A DNA stretch of 64,000 bases, taken from the NCBI GenBank assembly GCA_022605425.2, contig JAKIMF020000007.1, positions 1,116,001 through 1,180,000 of the forward strand. The letters are read 5' to 3'. Position numbers and translations under genes: made by a program. The notes below the pieces were generated by a model that was not told the DNA's origin, did no database searches, and saw only the letters and a program-made list of their open reading frames with translations. Source of the DNA: Hamiltosporidium tvaerminnensis FI-OER-3-3 (lineage: Eukaryota > Fungi > Microsporidia). This document shows, piece by piece, positions 23,891 through 38,360 of this stretch. Each line of letters begins with the position of its first letter. The first letter of the stretch is position 1.

Positions 23891-26800
23891 AAACTTTAAA
23901 ATGATTAAAAAAATGTAGAAATCCTAAATATATTTTAAATTTTTTTCATTAAAATTTTATTTGGTTACGCTATTTAAGTCCCAACATATTGAGTGTCATA
24001 CTATTTTTCGACTGTTTTACTAGCCTTTCATTGATATTAGACTCCTTTTCGGCATTTTGATTCTAATTTTTTATTCAATTATTTTTTTACACATTGACCT
24101 CGAAATAATTTTCGTGTTGATTCGTTAAAGAACTTTCATCATTAAAATGTTTGTATAATAATATAATTTTTGGTTCGTGCGTTGTCTTTCTTTTATTTAT
24201 TTCTCATGTGTGGTTTACTACACGAAAACATCTATTATCGAAACTCAACATCCTTTTTGATAGTGGTAACGTTTTTAGATGGTTGTAAAGAGCAAAAACA
24301 CGCTTCACATCCCTTCTGTTAAAACCGTTTTGGGCTTCTTAAGTTACATTATATGGCGATTTGACTCAAGAAAGTTCAAATCACGCCATGGTACATATCA
24401 TTAATGACTATTTATAAAAATGAAAACAAAAATGTATCAAAAAAGTTGTATTTCTTAATTTTTTTTTCGGTAAGACATGAAAGAGCCATTAAAAATTTTA
24501 ACTCAACTAAGTTGATATTATTCCACCTTTTATTATAAACATGTTCAATTGATTTCATAGCCTTTTGCATCCTGTATTCTTTCTCATGGCTGTTTCTTCT
24601 ATAAATCTATTTTCTAGAATTTCTCAAAAAGCGAGTCCTCATTTTCTAGCATACCATTATATTCAAAGATGCAGCATAATAAAACTAAGAATGACTTAAT
24701 TATGTTGTTTAATTTAATCGTCAGATTCTTTCTTCCATGTCGCTTTACCAAATGGCCTAATACGCAACAAATCACTACAGAATTCAAATTTTTCTTCTTC
24801 GATTTAAAAATATGTGTATCTCAATAAACTGAAAAGAAGTCTTTTATTGTGGGTTCAATTTTTCTTTTCAATCCTTTCAAAGCTAAAAATACAAACAGCT
24901 GGCTTTTTTATATTCTATGACCGTCAATATAAATTCAGATATCATTTTTGATGCTGATATTACCTTTTAAGACTTTTGAATATATTTTTGTTCGTCAATT
25001 TTCAATTTTTGCCAGGATATTTTTACATCAGCGAAAAAAAATTGTTGTCAATTGCTAAGTTTTAAATATATTACATCCGGTTATTATTTCTTCAATTTTT
25101 CAAGGCTACCCTGAGTTTTAAAAACATTGATGATCTCGAAGCTTAAATTATAAAGCTTTATACAATTCAAAATCTAAATATTATCCATATTTTTAAAACC
25201 TTTTTTGATCAAAAAGCCAGGAAACTATGCTTTTGGATGATCAACCCAAAAATAATCGGCTATTACAAATCTAAGATATTACAGACCCTATTTTATAACA
25301 AAACAAGATGTCTAAAAGTTGTATCAGGCTATATTTTCGTATCTTATATAATAGGCTAAAGTTTACTCAATATTAAAACTTTAATTTCAGAATTCAAATA
25401 AGCTATATTGTAAGTTTTCGTTGTCATATATATTGTTAGAGTGTCTTTTACAGCTTTAATTTTTTTTTTATAGAGAATTATGGGTAAAAAAAGTTTGAGT
25501 CATACGAGCTATTTTGCTCTTCACTAAAACATACTTTAAGAAAAAAAGAGTATTTCAATTGTTAGTAAAACTATATTCCTCTATGTATTCGAAAACCTTT
25601 GAAATCCGATAAAACGATGTTTTCGATCATAACGGATTTCTTCGGTAATCATTGTTCCTTTAAGCTTTCTCGTTTACATTCAGTAAAATTACTTATTAAA
25701 AAGAACAAATGAAATAAATCCAAACTTTACCGCGGAGTTTCCTTCCCATATTCTTTATACGAATTCTCTGAATTCTTCTGATTTGGAGATTTTTCTTTCG
25801 TATTCTTAGGATCATAAATTTCCAGGTTATCACTGCAAATTATTAACTAAAATGCATTTTGTCTATAAATACGATATATTGTATTACGTGCTGTCTTTGC
25901 GTAGATATAGCGCATTAAATTTGTTTCTATTAGTTATTTAACGAAATAGCCAAAGAACCAGTATTTAGTCGCTTGTATATTTAAATCACTGAAGCTTAAT
26001 TTCAGATATTTATTTTCAGTTTTAGCTTATTGTTTTGACAAAAAATTTTGCAAGACATTGTTGGTTCAATTAAGTTAAAAAAACATATTTTTTGGTGAGT
26101 CTTTCTTTAGTCAGTACTGGCTTCTAAAAACGTTTTCATGCCACAGAAAACTATATTAAAGCTTTGTTATTGCTAAAAACCTAACAAATTCGAAATACAT
26201 TGTAAAATGTTTGGTCTCATTTGAAAAGAAGTAAATTAAAATATTTTGAGAGTTTCTAGTAAAAAACAGTGATGATAAATTATAACTCGAAAGACCAAGA
26301 AACATAACACAAGATTTCTGATAAAAGAGTATCCGAAGTCAAAACAATAAACCTTTTGTCGTTTAAATAACACTATAAATGCTGACTTGACGACTTCATT
26401 AAAAGTGTATAAGTTGTTGTCAATTAATTCAGGCAGCTTACAATAAAATTGACATTTGAATAGGCCATAATCACGATTATATTTAAAGAATTGCTTCTTT
26501 ATTTTACGATTACATAATTTTGCGGATAGAGGATAGGATAATTATTAATTGGTTAGTATTTTTGAATTTTTGTACAGATTGATTATTAGTTAAAATCTTG
26601 CACAGTTTTTTCAATGGCTTTTTTTCTAAACCTACAGGTTTTCTTATAAAGAAACGTGGAAAACCAGAAATGTATAAACTGAAGTCAACATATTTATTCA
26701 AAAACATATTTATGCTTTGAATAACGTTTTTTTTTGATTTAAAATATAGGTATTTGTATGTGAATAGTATCGGAGTATAATTTTTGTTATTGATACTTCT

Positions 26801-27549
26801 ATATATCCGTTGGCAAAAAAATATTTGTTAAATTTAGAATATCTTTTATCTACTCATTCGAAAACCTTTGATTCGTATAATATACGCTGTTTTCTTTGAT
26901 ATTTTTTCTACAAAATAATTCTCCCACCTTAAAATAAAATTTGTGTTAGAAAAAATCGTGCTTTGGAAAATATTTTGGAAACCAGCATTTTTATTAATCG
27001 TGTTTTATTTATTTTTTTAAATCATTAACTGCTAAAAGACCTAATGCATCTTGAAAAAATTTATTGCAATGTTTCCATTCCGTGCATATAAAACATATTC
27101 CATGCTTTTTAAGATATGCTTTCAAACCTTCTGGAAGGCCAAAAACTCAGTGATGTTCTTGATTAATGAACTCTATTACTGAATTGAGTTTAATAGCAGC
27201 AAGCCTGGCATATCACCTTAAAAAATTGTAGATTAAGAGCTACCATTATTGCAGAACTCCGCATAGTGTGACTTTGATAGGATTCTGGGTGATTTATTTC
27301 TGATTTATATGTATAAAATTAATCGGATGAATCGTCTTTTAGTATTTTTAAACATCTGAAACAAGATGGGTTTTAACTTTACTCGATGTATATTATAGTT
27401 TTTTTGAAAAATTAGTATTTATCCTGAGTTAACAGTCTTTTATATATCCCCATAGCATCGCCCGTGATTCATATGTTCTATTTTTTTATTTAATAGCCCA
27501 GTTTTTTTATCCATCATTAAATCAAAAGCTGAAATAGATTTTTTAAACC

Positions 27550-28800
27550 ATAATTTGTATTTGTAACGTCGAACTTATTTTATCTAAATCCTTATAGAGT
27601 CATTTGCAAATTCTTTAAATTTAAGATCTAAGACAATCATAAGAGTTATTTAATATTTAGGCATTTTAAATATGAACGCATTCGTTTTATAGCCAAAGTT
27701 AGTTTGAATCAAGAATAATTAGAGTTTAAATTTTAAAAGATCTTAAATTAACAAAGTCTGGTAATGACCATTTAATATTTAAATCTATTTCTAAAATCTA
27801 ATAAAAATACATTGAAACAATCTTATACTTAAATATTTTTTTCAATTTTAATTTAGAATGTAAGTAATCCTCATTAATAATTAATTTTTTAATAAATTGA
27901 TATAAGAATCATTCTAAGCAGTTATGCTTTCATCAGTTTAAATGGTATATTTTGGTGCCGAAAAACATATTTGAAAGTTTAAAATAATCAAATAAAGATA
28001 ATCTACAGTTAATTAATTTAGAAAAAATATTTACCAAATTAAGCTTTTGACACAAAAATTCTTTTTTTTAATCTTTAGTCAATTTTTAAGATCTCTGTAT
28101 TATTATAAACAAAATATTAGATCCATTACTATTTATATAATTTACATTATAGGTAAATAAAAGATATATGGCTTTATAATTTTCTCAATAATGAATACCC
28201 TCATAAAAATTTGCTTAATAGGAATAAACCCGTTTCTTACTATATGTATTTCTGAATTTGACTTTTAAAATCCTCAGTTCTGAGATATATAAAAGTGTCA
28301 TTAAAATTTTCAGGTACTGTCAAGAAGATGCTTTTTTTGAAATTATAAATATATTTGATTTTTTATTTTTATCGTATAATATATTGAAGTCTATGTCGAA
28401 ATTTTGTAAAAGAGGTTGGAAGTTTCAGAAAACTAAGGTGTTTTCATATATTCATGCTACAACATGCATATTTCTTTCGGCATAAAATGTGTGCTCAAAA
28501 AATTTTTTTCCACTAAAAAGTCGAAAATATAAATTTGAAATTCCTCACTTTTACTAATTCTCGACTTTCTTGTTTTGTTTATCTCATATATAATCATATG
28601 TTTATTTACCATTTCGAAGTTTGTTTCTTCTGGGTATTTCTGATTATTAAAACGACAAAATTTCGTAGAAACATTGTAATAAATGCAAGACCCACGTGCT
28701 TTAGATTTTAAGAAATTAATTACAAATTCATTGCCTGAACTTTCAAAATCTATGAAAAAAATTGACAAATTCCTCATTGATCGAGCATGATTATAGAATC
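27550..28800 (-). pseudogene. Possible decayed LRR-family gene
   Basis: Residual 106-aa ORF (28457-28777) plus stop-interrupted LRR-like fragments such as ILNLKNLQM near 27610-27630. Weak evidence. Confidence 0.3.
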
Positions 28801-30447
28801 TTTAAGTACCATGGCATTTTTTAATTGATCTAAATATTATAAAGTATTTTTGAAAATCTGAATTTCACTCTTCTTTTATTTAATCTATATACTTCGAATA
28901 TGAGGTTTTTGTATAGCTGACAACTCAACCACTAACTAAAAATGCCCAAAACGTCTTAATGAAATAGAAGGTTTTAATCTACTCTTTGAATTCTTTCTGA
29001 TCTGCAGGTAACTGACTAAGCTATAAAAATCTGTTAGTAAAAATCTTTTTAAGTAATAAAAAAACGTCGGGTTTTAGTTTGATAATTTCACAGAAAATGC
29101 TTTTATAAATATGTGTTTAGGAATATTAAGGTTTTATTCTCTGTAGATTTTTGATTCCGTGACATATGATTACTATAAGCTTATATTGCATAATTTATTC
29201 TTATGGTTAGACTTCACCACTTCGCGCCTGGCAATATGTATATTCGGTATATTTTGTGGAAAAAAAATTTAGGGGAGCGTTTTTCGATTAATTTAGTTTT
29301 CAAATGTATCAAAAGAAGGTTTATTTACAAATATACAATAGTTTCAAGACTCAGCCTATCTTTTCATCTTCAGGTTTTCTTAATAACTCATTTTATGTAT
29401 CTTTAAAAATTTACAAAATCTTAAAACTAATTGTAAGATAGATTTATTATCGGCATATATAATACTGATCTTTATGATAAAAAAATGTTTGAATTTTCAA
29501 TTTTAAATACAAACCTCTGGCAGAGAACACATACTGATAAAAAAAATTAGAAATAGATAATTAAAAGTTGATAAGAAAAAATATTATAGTTTATAGATAT
29601 TTAAAAATATTTTATGATCTTCATCTGTTTATTATATATTCTAGAGGTAAGTATAACATATTTTAGACATAAAAAAAATTTATTTCTGACATATTTGCCT
29701 CTATCTAATATATTTCTTTTCGCAGTCGAAATCTTTTATGATAATTGTCTATTGTTCTTTCATATACCTCTACAGTCTAAAAAGATATATTCCTGAACCA
29801 CTTTCACTAGGCTTTTTGAATACCTTTTCTGTTTTTCTAGGTTCTTTAAAATATTATCGTCGAAGGAATCATGGGATATTAAAATCTCTATGCCAGATGT
29901 AATGTTTATAATCTGTTTATTTAACATGTTTTTATTGTTGTTTAAGGTATTGTTTTTGATTCTGTTTGATGATTTGTAAACCCACAATTAAGCCTTGGAT
30001 CAGGTTTGTATGTATAAAGCCATAATAAAAAATGAAAGATAATATCATAACTACACAGGAAAGAAGTTTATTTATACATTTAAATTTTTATATTTAAGCT
30101 TTATATTCTAATATAAAAATATTTTAAATTGTTATTGTGATAGATTAATTTTAGTTAAGAATTTCTTATGATGATTAAAATGTATATAAATTTATGGTTT
30201 AATTTATGGTAAAATATAAAAAAAATTGCTGATTAAAAAAAATAACAATTGATTATATTTATTTATGAATGTTACAAAGTAAATCAAATTTAATTTCAAA
30301 CAAAATTATAATATAATTGTTTTTTAATCTATATCAATAAAACAAACAAATAGAAAGTTTTAAATTTGAATTCGTAAATTCCAAAAAAAGTATTAATTTT
30401 ATTCAATATATATTTTTCTTATAATCATTTTATTTACATAACTGAAA

Positions 30448-33400
30448 TTCTATTTATTTAATAAAATTCTCGGTTAAAATATTTTTACCATTTTTAGATG
30501 TTTTCTTCTACCTCTTAAACCATTTTTGTCTCTTCTTCCAAATCCGACTCTTCATTTATGTTATTGGTCAGTTCCTCCAAAGTGGTTCCTCCTTGTGAAA
30601 TAAAGGGTGTATTATTTTTTGGTTTTAAAATTTTAACACCATCTTCCTCTCTTTTCGCTTCTTTTAAAGGGGGTATTGGTTCCTCATGCATCTCTGATCT
30701 CATAATAACACCCATTGACGCTCTCTCCCGGCATTTAGTCCTGACTCAAGTCCTCTTCGTCGATCAAAGGAAATTGTTTCGACTGTCTTCTTAAGTACTA
30801 TAGACTGAATGTATGCCTCTACATTCATGGGTATTTCTAGTCTTTTAAGATGAGATTTATGGTATTTTATCACAATACCGTCCCAGGTCATCACATAAGG
30901 GATTATCTCAACACTACACTTATAAATAAGACCCAACCCATTGGCTAGCAGGTCATACTTCCTAAGTTTTTCAGTTTCAACTATTTGAAGTGAATCTTGG
31001 GAAGTGATTCCTACTTCAATGAGTGTTATCTTATTCTTCTTCTTATCTAAAATAAATATGTCCGGTCTGTTATTCCGAGTTTTAACATCAGTTTTAATTC
31101 TGGTGTCCACTCTTATCTCTGCATACTCATTATCAAGAATTTCTTGAACTGAGTGACTCCTTATTCGTTTTGAAGACTTAAACTTATATCTATTTAGGAG
31201 AAGTAAGTGTAGGCATCTAACCACTTGATTATGCCGTCTGGTGTAGTCATGACCTAGATTTTTTTCTCATCGAGCTGCTAGATGATCCAAAGTCTTACCA
31301 GATTTATTCCAATGTTGACACATACATTCTGCTCCCCAGAATACATTTCTATCCTGATATAGCAGAACACGGCTTCATTGTGTGGCCTAATATTCCCTTT
31401 GTTTAGCCATATAGAAGAGTCACTAACACTCAAAGGGTCATTTTTTCTTGCATTATATAACTTTAAATGGAGTTTTCGTTTTTCTATTTCGTTATGTAGT
31501 TTTGTAAGTTGAGCTTCTTCTAAACTTTTGTAGGTGACTTCTTCTACCAACCTGTACTTTACTTTTAAAAAGCCTTTTATTAGTGTAAGATGGGTTTTAT
31601 TATTATTCTCCACCATGAGGATTGCTGCTCGTCTAGTTGATATTTCTTTACTTTTTTCCAGACAATCCAAGAGTTGCAGAAGCATATGTTCGCTTCGCAA
31701 CTCAACACTATTTAGGCCTCTTCCAAGTTCGGTTCTAGGAAGATACAAGCGCTCTTTACATCCCTGGTCGGAGATGTATCTTATTCTTCACCAACACCGC
31801 ACGCACTGCATCATCTAACTTAGAGAAGTCAGCCGGTTCAAGTCGAAGTACTCCTATGTGATAGTTGATTAACGATATCGCATGTTGATTGATTTCAGAA
31901 AATAAATTTTTTGCATTTAATCTAGTGGGACAAAGTCTTTCAACTCTTGATATAACTTTGCTCTGTACTTCTTCAAATGAGCTACGTGTTGGGATTCCTC
32001 TGCTATCTTCTATTATTCCTAACTATTAGTAATCACTAACACCTTCTAAAAGAGTAGCAGTATCTTCACAACACGTATCATTTGTGGCTGACTTCTCTTG
32101 GTTAATCTCTAACCCAATCACCTTTAAAAATTCCTTTGCCTCGTCTGTCATAGCACTCAATGTCGAACTGCTTTAGCAAGGAGCTTTAGATCATCAATAA
32201 ACAAGAGATGAACAGTCAAAAGGGATTCTGCATCTGTTTGTACTGTCACTTTTGTGTATTTTTCATTAAGCTTTCGGCTTAATGGATCCATACACAGCAC
32301 AAACAACAATGGTTACAAACTATCTCCTTGTAGAATTCCTCTATCAATCTTCTTGATCATGATTTTTTCAGGCCCTACTGATATATCAATTTTCCATTTT
32401 GATATAATTACCTTAAAAAATTTCAGGATCCAATCAGGTAAATTAAGGTTTTCCATGCAATGAGTTAAATAAGCATGATCTATTAGATCATAAGCTTTTT
32501 TAACATCAATCTATGTTGCCTTAAGATTGCTTCCGTACTCTTTATTTATTGCAATATTTAGTAGAGCCTGCTCTTTCGTACCCTGCCCACCTCTAACTGC
32601 TTAGAACTGGTTCTACGTAAGCAACCCTCGCCTTTCCACTTTAAGTTGAACGACTTTCGTTACACACTTAGTCGTTAACTTGTAGAGGTTAGACATACAA
32701 GTGATTGGCCTGTAGTCAGAGCCTCTTTGTGGAATTCCTTTGTATCAAATAGAAAATCCTGCAGTAGAACCAATTAGCTTGAGGTGTTCCTTCTAAACAC
32801 ATAACTTTCACAATATCATAAATATATTTGTGAAGAGTTGTAAGTTTCTTAATGAAAAAATTGTAAATACCATCAATTCCGGCAGCTTTCCAATTCGGAA
32901 GCCAATTAATGATATTTACAAATTCATCAAGTGAAGGAAACGTGGTCGGATGATTATCTGATACAAATGGAATCAAATAATCATCCTACGTGACCGTGTC
33001 ATCATTTTTGTTCCACATTGTAGACCAAAAACTCACAATTTCATCTCGACTAACCACATGCTCGGATTCCACACGCTCAGATAACCCACGATAAAATCGA
33101 CCTCGGAAAAGCTCAAACATACGATTCTCTTTTCGGAATTGCTTCCTACTTTCATGCATCGTAATTTTTTTCTCGTACACATTCAAAGACTCATTCTTCT
33201 TAACTAAAGCCTCAGAAAGATCAGTTACACTGCTCAAGTTTAAATTAAACACTCGCATGATTTTCTTAAGGCTCTTCGTTTCCGAAGTGGAGAGCTTTTC
33301 CTGCTTACGAGCCTTCTCATGAAGATCTTTGGAAAGTACTAACTTAGAAATTTAACTTTCTATGCTTTCTTTCCAAGCGGATATAGGCTTTTCTTTGCGT

Positions 33401-34227
33401 GTTGCCTCGTCATAGCATACCTGCGCAGCTTGCATGATATACGCAGCTTCCGTAATTGACTCAGGTACATGAGCTCCTGCATATTCACCGACTACTCGAT
33501 TTATGAGATCCAGAACTTTACTGTCAACCAATTCACTTGGAAGCTTTCGAGTTCGGACCACCACTTTTCCAATTCCCTTCTCCGAGATTTCTTTGATGTT
33601 ACTCAAAAATTTATCTCTAAGGTTATTGTACTCCGTGGTGTCAGTCAGGGTACATGGCTCAGTGAGACAAGTGGCGATTCTACGTCGCTCTCCATTCTCT
33701 TCTTGCCTTATTTCCCTTTCTGCCTCATTTTGTGCGAGTTTTTTAAACGCATCGATATCTAGTGTGCAGCTAAACTTCTCATTATAGTACCTCAGAGTAG
33801 CGGGCCAGCCATTTCCGGGAATTCTCTCAAACCTCTTTTGCACTGCTAGAATAGCAGATCTAGGCCATTCCTGCTCTATGACTGTGACAGAGTCGAGTAT
33901 TGAGTGCATTACCATCAGTCGATTCCCTTCTAGAATGGCATCTGTATTGAGGTTTGTCATGCCGTTGGCTGGTCCAAACGCAGTGGCATCGGTACCAGAA
34001 GACGAGGGTATGGTGTCAACCAAGCAGACTGGACTAGTCTGGCAACTACTGCTTGGTGGTTGGTGGGTGGTGTCATGGAAGGTCGGTGGATGTGGAAGTC
34101 TCTCGGATAACATTGCTACATCTACATCACACATCAAAGTCTCTTCTGCGATGTTCTCCAAGTTGTTTACAGCCTTTATTTTTTCATTTTTTATATTTTA
34201 GCTGTATACTTTTTTCTTTCTACCCAT
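30448..34227 (-). mobile_element. R4/Dong-like RT+RLE non-LTR retrotransposon, full-length but disrupted (copy A)
   Basis: ORF fragments 30515-34161 are near-identical to the intact 1253-aa ORF. The element starts ATG GGT AGA AAG AAA at 34227 with a stop at codon 10, and shares the 3' end ttatttaataaaattc. Confidence 0.95.
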
Positions 34228-36244
34228 AAAAAATTTGAAAAAAAAATTTAAAAAATAGAAATTTAAAAAAAAAAAATTTAAAAAATAAAAATTCATTATA
34301 AAATTAACTCTCATGTCAAATTCTTTTTCAGGTAAATATCAACGAGAACAAATATGTTTTTCATGTAGTTGAAACACCGGAATGTATAGAGTGCGAAAAT
34401 GACAATGTTTTGAAGTGTCTTGTGGAAACATCGGGATCATATGATGAAAATCTCGCACTAACCACCATTCCAACTCTGAAGAAACAAATTGATTCTATTA
34501 ATGATCGGGAACGCATAATTGAAAAAACATTAGAAGGCTATTCTATGTCCGCAATCGCTTCGATGTATAGAATAAATTACCAGACGGTTAATAGTATCGT
34601 TAGATGATATTTAAAAACCGGCTTGGTATTTGTCAAGAAAAGAAGTGGTGATTATGCGATCAAAGTTAACTTTTGAAATAAAAGAGAGCTTAAAAACCTA
34701 TGTTGATTTGGGGTGTCAAAAACCTTGTATGAGTTCGCAGAATGGGTCAAATGTACATTTAACTTTGATGTGTCAACTAGTACAATTGATCGCGCACTAA
34801 GGGAGTTCCATTACACTCTAAAGCAGGCAACAGAAGTGCCTGAGCGTAGAAATACACTTTCGACAATTGAGCTAGGAACCAATTACGCAACTAGTTTTCG
34901 TGAGTTGGAGGTTGATAACGATGACAAAAACCTTGTCTTTTTAGATGAAGCTGGGTTTGCGGTAGTAACACGCCCCAGCAGAGGTCGTAATATGAGAGGT
35001 GAATCTGCATACTTATCTGTAACAGCAGCCCGAAGTAAAAATATTTCAGTAGTCGCAGCAATGAACAAATATGGTATGATATACCATAAGATTCATGAGA
35101 AGGCCGTAAATGGTGAGGATTTCAAATTATTTATTAAGGAGATTAATGAAAGTTGTCAACGGCAAGGAATTTTGACTTCAATATTTGTAATGGACAATGC
35201 GAGAATTCATTACTATCGTGGATTGAATGATGATGAGGAAATTACTTCGTATCGAATAAAATATCTTCCACCTTAGTCTCCATTTCTTAATCCAATTGAG
35301 AATGTATTCGCAGTCTGGAAAAAAAAACTAATTCGAGGTGGTGCTCGTACTGAGCCTCAGTTAAGAATATTAATTTGTGAAAAATTTAATAGGATCAAGG
35401 GAGAATATTGTAGTTTTTTTTACCGTAAAATGTTAGGATATTTGCAAAAGGCTCAAGTAGGGCAAGTGATTCTTGAATAATAAATCTCAAGTACTATTTA
35501 TAATTTTATTTTTTGAATTTTTATTTTTTTAATTTCTATTTTTTAAATTTTTTTTTCAAATTTTTATTTTTATAAAATAATTATTATATTGATTGCAAGG
35601 ATTATTATATTGATCGAAATTCTATGTTATTTTTATTTAATAAAATTCTGGGTTAACAAATTTTCTCTCGTTTAACTAATTTCTTCCATCACTTTAACCA
35701 CTTTATTCTCTTTTTCTACATCCGACTTATTATTAATGTCTATCGTCGGTTCCTCTGGTCTGGTTACGTCATCTAAAATAAGGGGTAAAATATTTTTTGA
35801 ATTTACTTGTTTAACACTATCTTCCTCGTTCTTCACTTCTTTTAAGGGGGGTGTTGGCTGTTTATGCATCTCAGCTCCTATAATAACACTTAATGACGCT
35901 CTCTCCCAGCTCTCTTCAGGCACTTGGTCCTGACTCAATTCCTCTTCGTCGATCGAAAGAAATCATATCGAGTGTTTTCTTAAGTACTATGGACTGAATG
36001 TATGCCTCTACATTTATGGGTATTTGTAATCTTTTAAGATAAGTCTTATGGTATTTTGTCACAATACCGTCCCATGTTATCACATAAGGAATTATCTCTA
36101 CACTACATTTGTAAATAAGACCAAGCTCATTTGCTAATAGGTCATACTTCCTAAGTTTCTCTGTTTCAACTATTTGAAGTGAGTCTTGGGAGGTGATTCC
36201 TACTTCAATGAGAGTAATCTTATTCATATTGATCGAAAACCCTA
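34228..36244 (+). mobile_element. Tc1/IS630-type DNA transposon (DD34E) with pseudogenised transposase; right TIR interrupted by a retro fragment
   Basis: VFLDEAGF ... FVMDNARIH-x-YLPP*SPFLNPIE with 34 residues between D and E; the frame ends at ~35480. A/T-rich inverted repeats at 34226-34295 and ~35501-35570. The reconstructed right end reads gatcgaaaacccta-ta. Confidence 0.88.
35620..36225 (-). mobile_element. 5'-truncated R4-like retrotransposon (RLE C-terminus plus 3' UTR; copy B) with 13-bp TSD
   Basis: Encodes NKITLIEVGITSQDSLQIVETEKLRKYDLLANEL. Flanked by ATATTGATCGAAA at 35607-35619 and 36226-36238. Confidence 0.93.
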
Positions 36245-37875
36245 TAATTTAAAATAAGAAAAAATATTTTTAAATTACATATGATTATATTTGTAAATAA
36301 AAATCTAAATTTTTCAATTGTAATTGATCAATACCGATGAATGAATCCATTTATTCAGTAAAAATATTATATTGCTTAAGTATGAAATTTAATTAACGTT
36401 TAAATGTTTAAATTGTAAAAACCTGTTAACCTGAAAAAAAAATATTTTTATATGAAAAGTAAATTTTTTATTAAATATCTTTCAGTAAAATTTCAGTTAA
36501 TTCTAGGCAGTTAGATTTTTAACTTTAAAATATACAGGATTTATCGGTTGATTTAAGGCCAAGAGTAAGAATATGCAAAAATGTTTTCTATCTAAATAAT
36601 ATAATTATAAGAAAGTTATAAGACTGGGTTATAGTATTTTATACCTAAAAACGTATTTTTGATCGTCTTAACGAATTAAAACGATTGTTACTACATAAGC
36701 GGATATACCTTAATTATATGTTATGAGCTATTAAATAATATAATATATTTAGCATCGAAAGCTTGAATGTGAAATACTTTCTGGACTTGATTTATTCCGT
36801 AGATGAAATCGGTATGACGTATATACCAGTTAAGATTCATACATCTCGTACCATACCCCAAAAAATAATGCCTTCCTTTTCTTTTTGAAATCCTTTTGGC
36901 ACATAACGAACAATAAGAGAACAAGATCAATATAAATCAAGCTAATCTTCTCGAGTTTCGAAGTAAAATTATTAAATTTTGCGAAAAAACTTCCGAGTCT
37001 GCGATTATAATTAAAACAAAACAAAGATCATCACAACTCAATTAAGCAATACTGAAATCATTTCTGAATAAAGATATCAACCAATAGAAATCAAGATTTT
37101 TCGATAAAAAATTAAATTTTTATTTGAATTGTAACTATCGTAGGGAAATCAAACGTTTAATAAACTCAATAAAAATTATAATGACTTTAAGATTTTATAT
37201 ATTATTTTTCATAGACAAAATAATAAGATACCTTCTGAGATAGATTGTCAGAAACCATACAACACTTGATCAGTAAATGTTCAAGATCAACTCACAATCA
37301 AATTTAAACCTAATTTTTTATAATACATTCTGGTCATAATTTTCTTCTTAGAAATATACTCAAAATATTTAAATTATAAAAAAACCATGTAAAATTCACA
37401 AACATTTTTTAAAAATCATATTGAATGCTTATAACTTATCATTTTCAAAAAAAAATTTGATATTATATTTTTAAATAAAGAGATTGATTTATAGAAAGAA
37501 AAGTATAAAAATAAAAATCATATAATTTCTGTATTAATAAACAAACAATATTAAAGGTTTTAATGATTATATCTATTTTCTAAATATATAATCACTATAA
37601 ATTGAGAAATATATATTCATAATCTTAAACTTACTTAAAAATATTTCAATTACTCTTTATTCCAATAAATGTCTTTTTTCATTTATATCGGATTAAATAC
37701 TCAGTTATATTTACTGTATTAGAAATTTCATAATATTTGAAAACGATTCTAATTTACAATAAATTAAAGTTATTTATGAATAAATGTTTATTCCTCAAAT
37801 ATTCTAAACAAAAGTTTCATTTATATTCAGCTGCTATACCAAGAAAAAACATAAATATATTTTTTACAAGTTCCT

Positions 37876-38002
37876 TTAAAAAAATTTCAAACTCCTAAAA
37901 AAATTCAAACCTCCTAAAAAAATTCCAAACTCCTAAAAAAAATTATAAACTCCTAAAAAAATTATAAACTCTTTTAAAACAATTATAAACTACTAAAAAA
38001 AT
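37876..38002. repeat. ~20-bp minisatellite (aaaaaattataaactcctaa-like, about 6 copies)
   Basis: Seen directly in the sequence. Confidence 0.85.
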
Positions 38003-38360
38003 ATATTTTGTCTTTTAGAGTTGAATCTTAAACAATTAAATTAACTGTTTAATACATAGTATTTATAACAACCATTACCAATTTATCGTAAAATAGAAAG
38101 TTAATTTCAATTTATACATTCAAATAAAATAATTCTAAAGTAAAAAAAGAAAATTTAAAATCAAATAAAATCTATTTATGTCTCCGATTATAACAAAAAA
38201 ATTACCAGAATATAAATTAGGTTTTTGATAATACTTTTAAATCAACTTTTTTTTTCATCTATACAATTCATATTTTTTTTTAAACATTTTTTATAACCAA
38301 TAAATTAAATATGTAATTAACTAAATTAAAAATCCAATTAATTAATCGTATTAAAAACAA

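Noticed and set aside
24880-24980. Merlin/ISXO2 transposase motif (IYIDGHR)
   Set aside because: A single weak motif. Neighbouring sequence looks as much like a decayed LRR gene, and no TIRs were found.
29760-29987. RLE-like remnant (IEILISHD..EKQKRY)
   Set aside because: No PD motif, CCHC or RT could be recognised, so it is too weak to call.
35916-36227. Stand-alone endonuclease gene (103 aa)
   Set aside because: Its ATG is created by the TSD junction, and it lacks the upstream PD residues. It is a 5'-truncated insertion.
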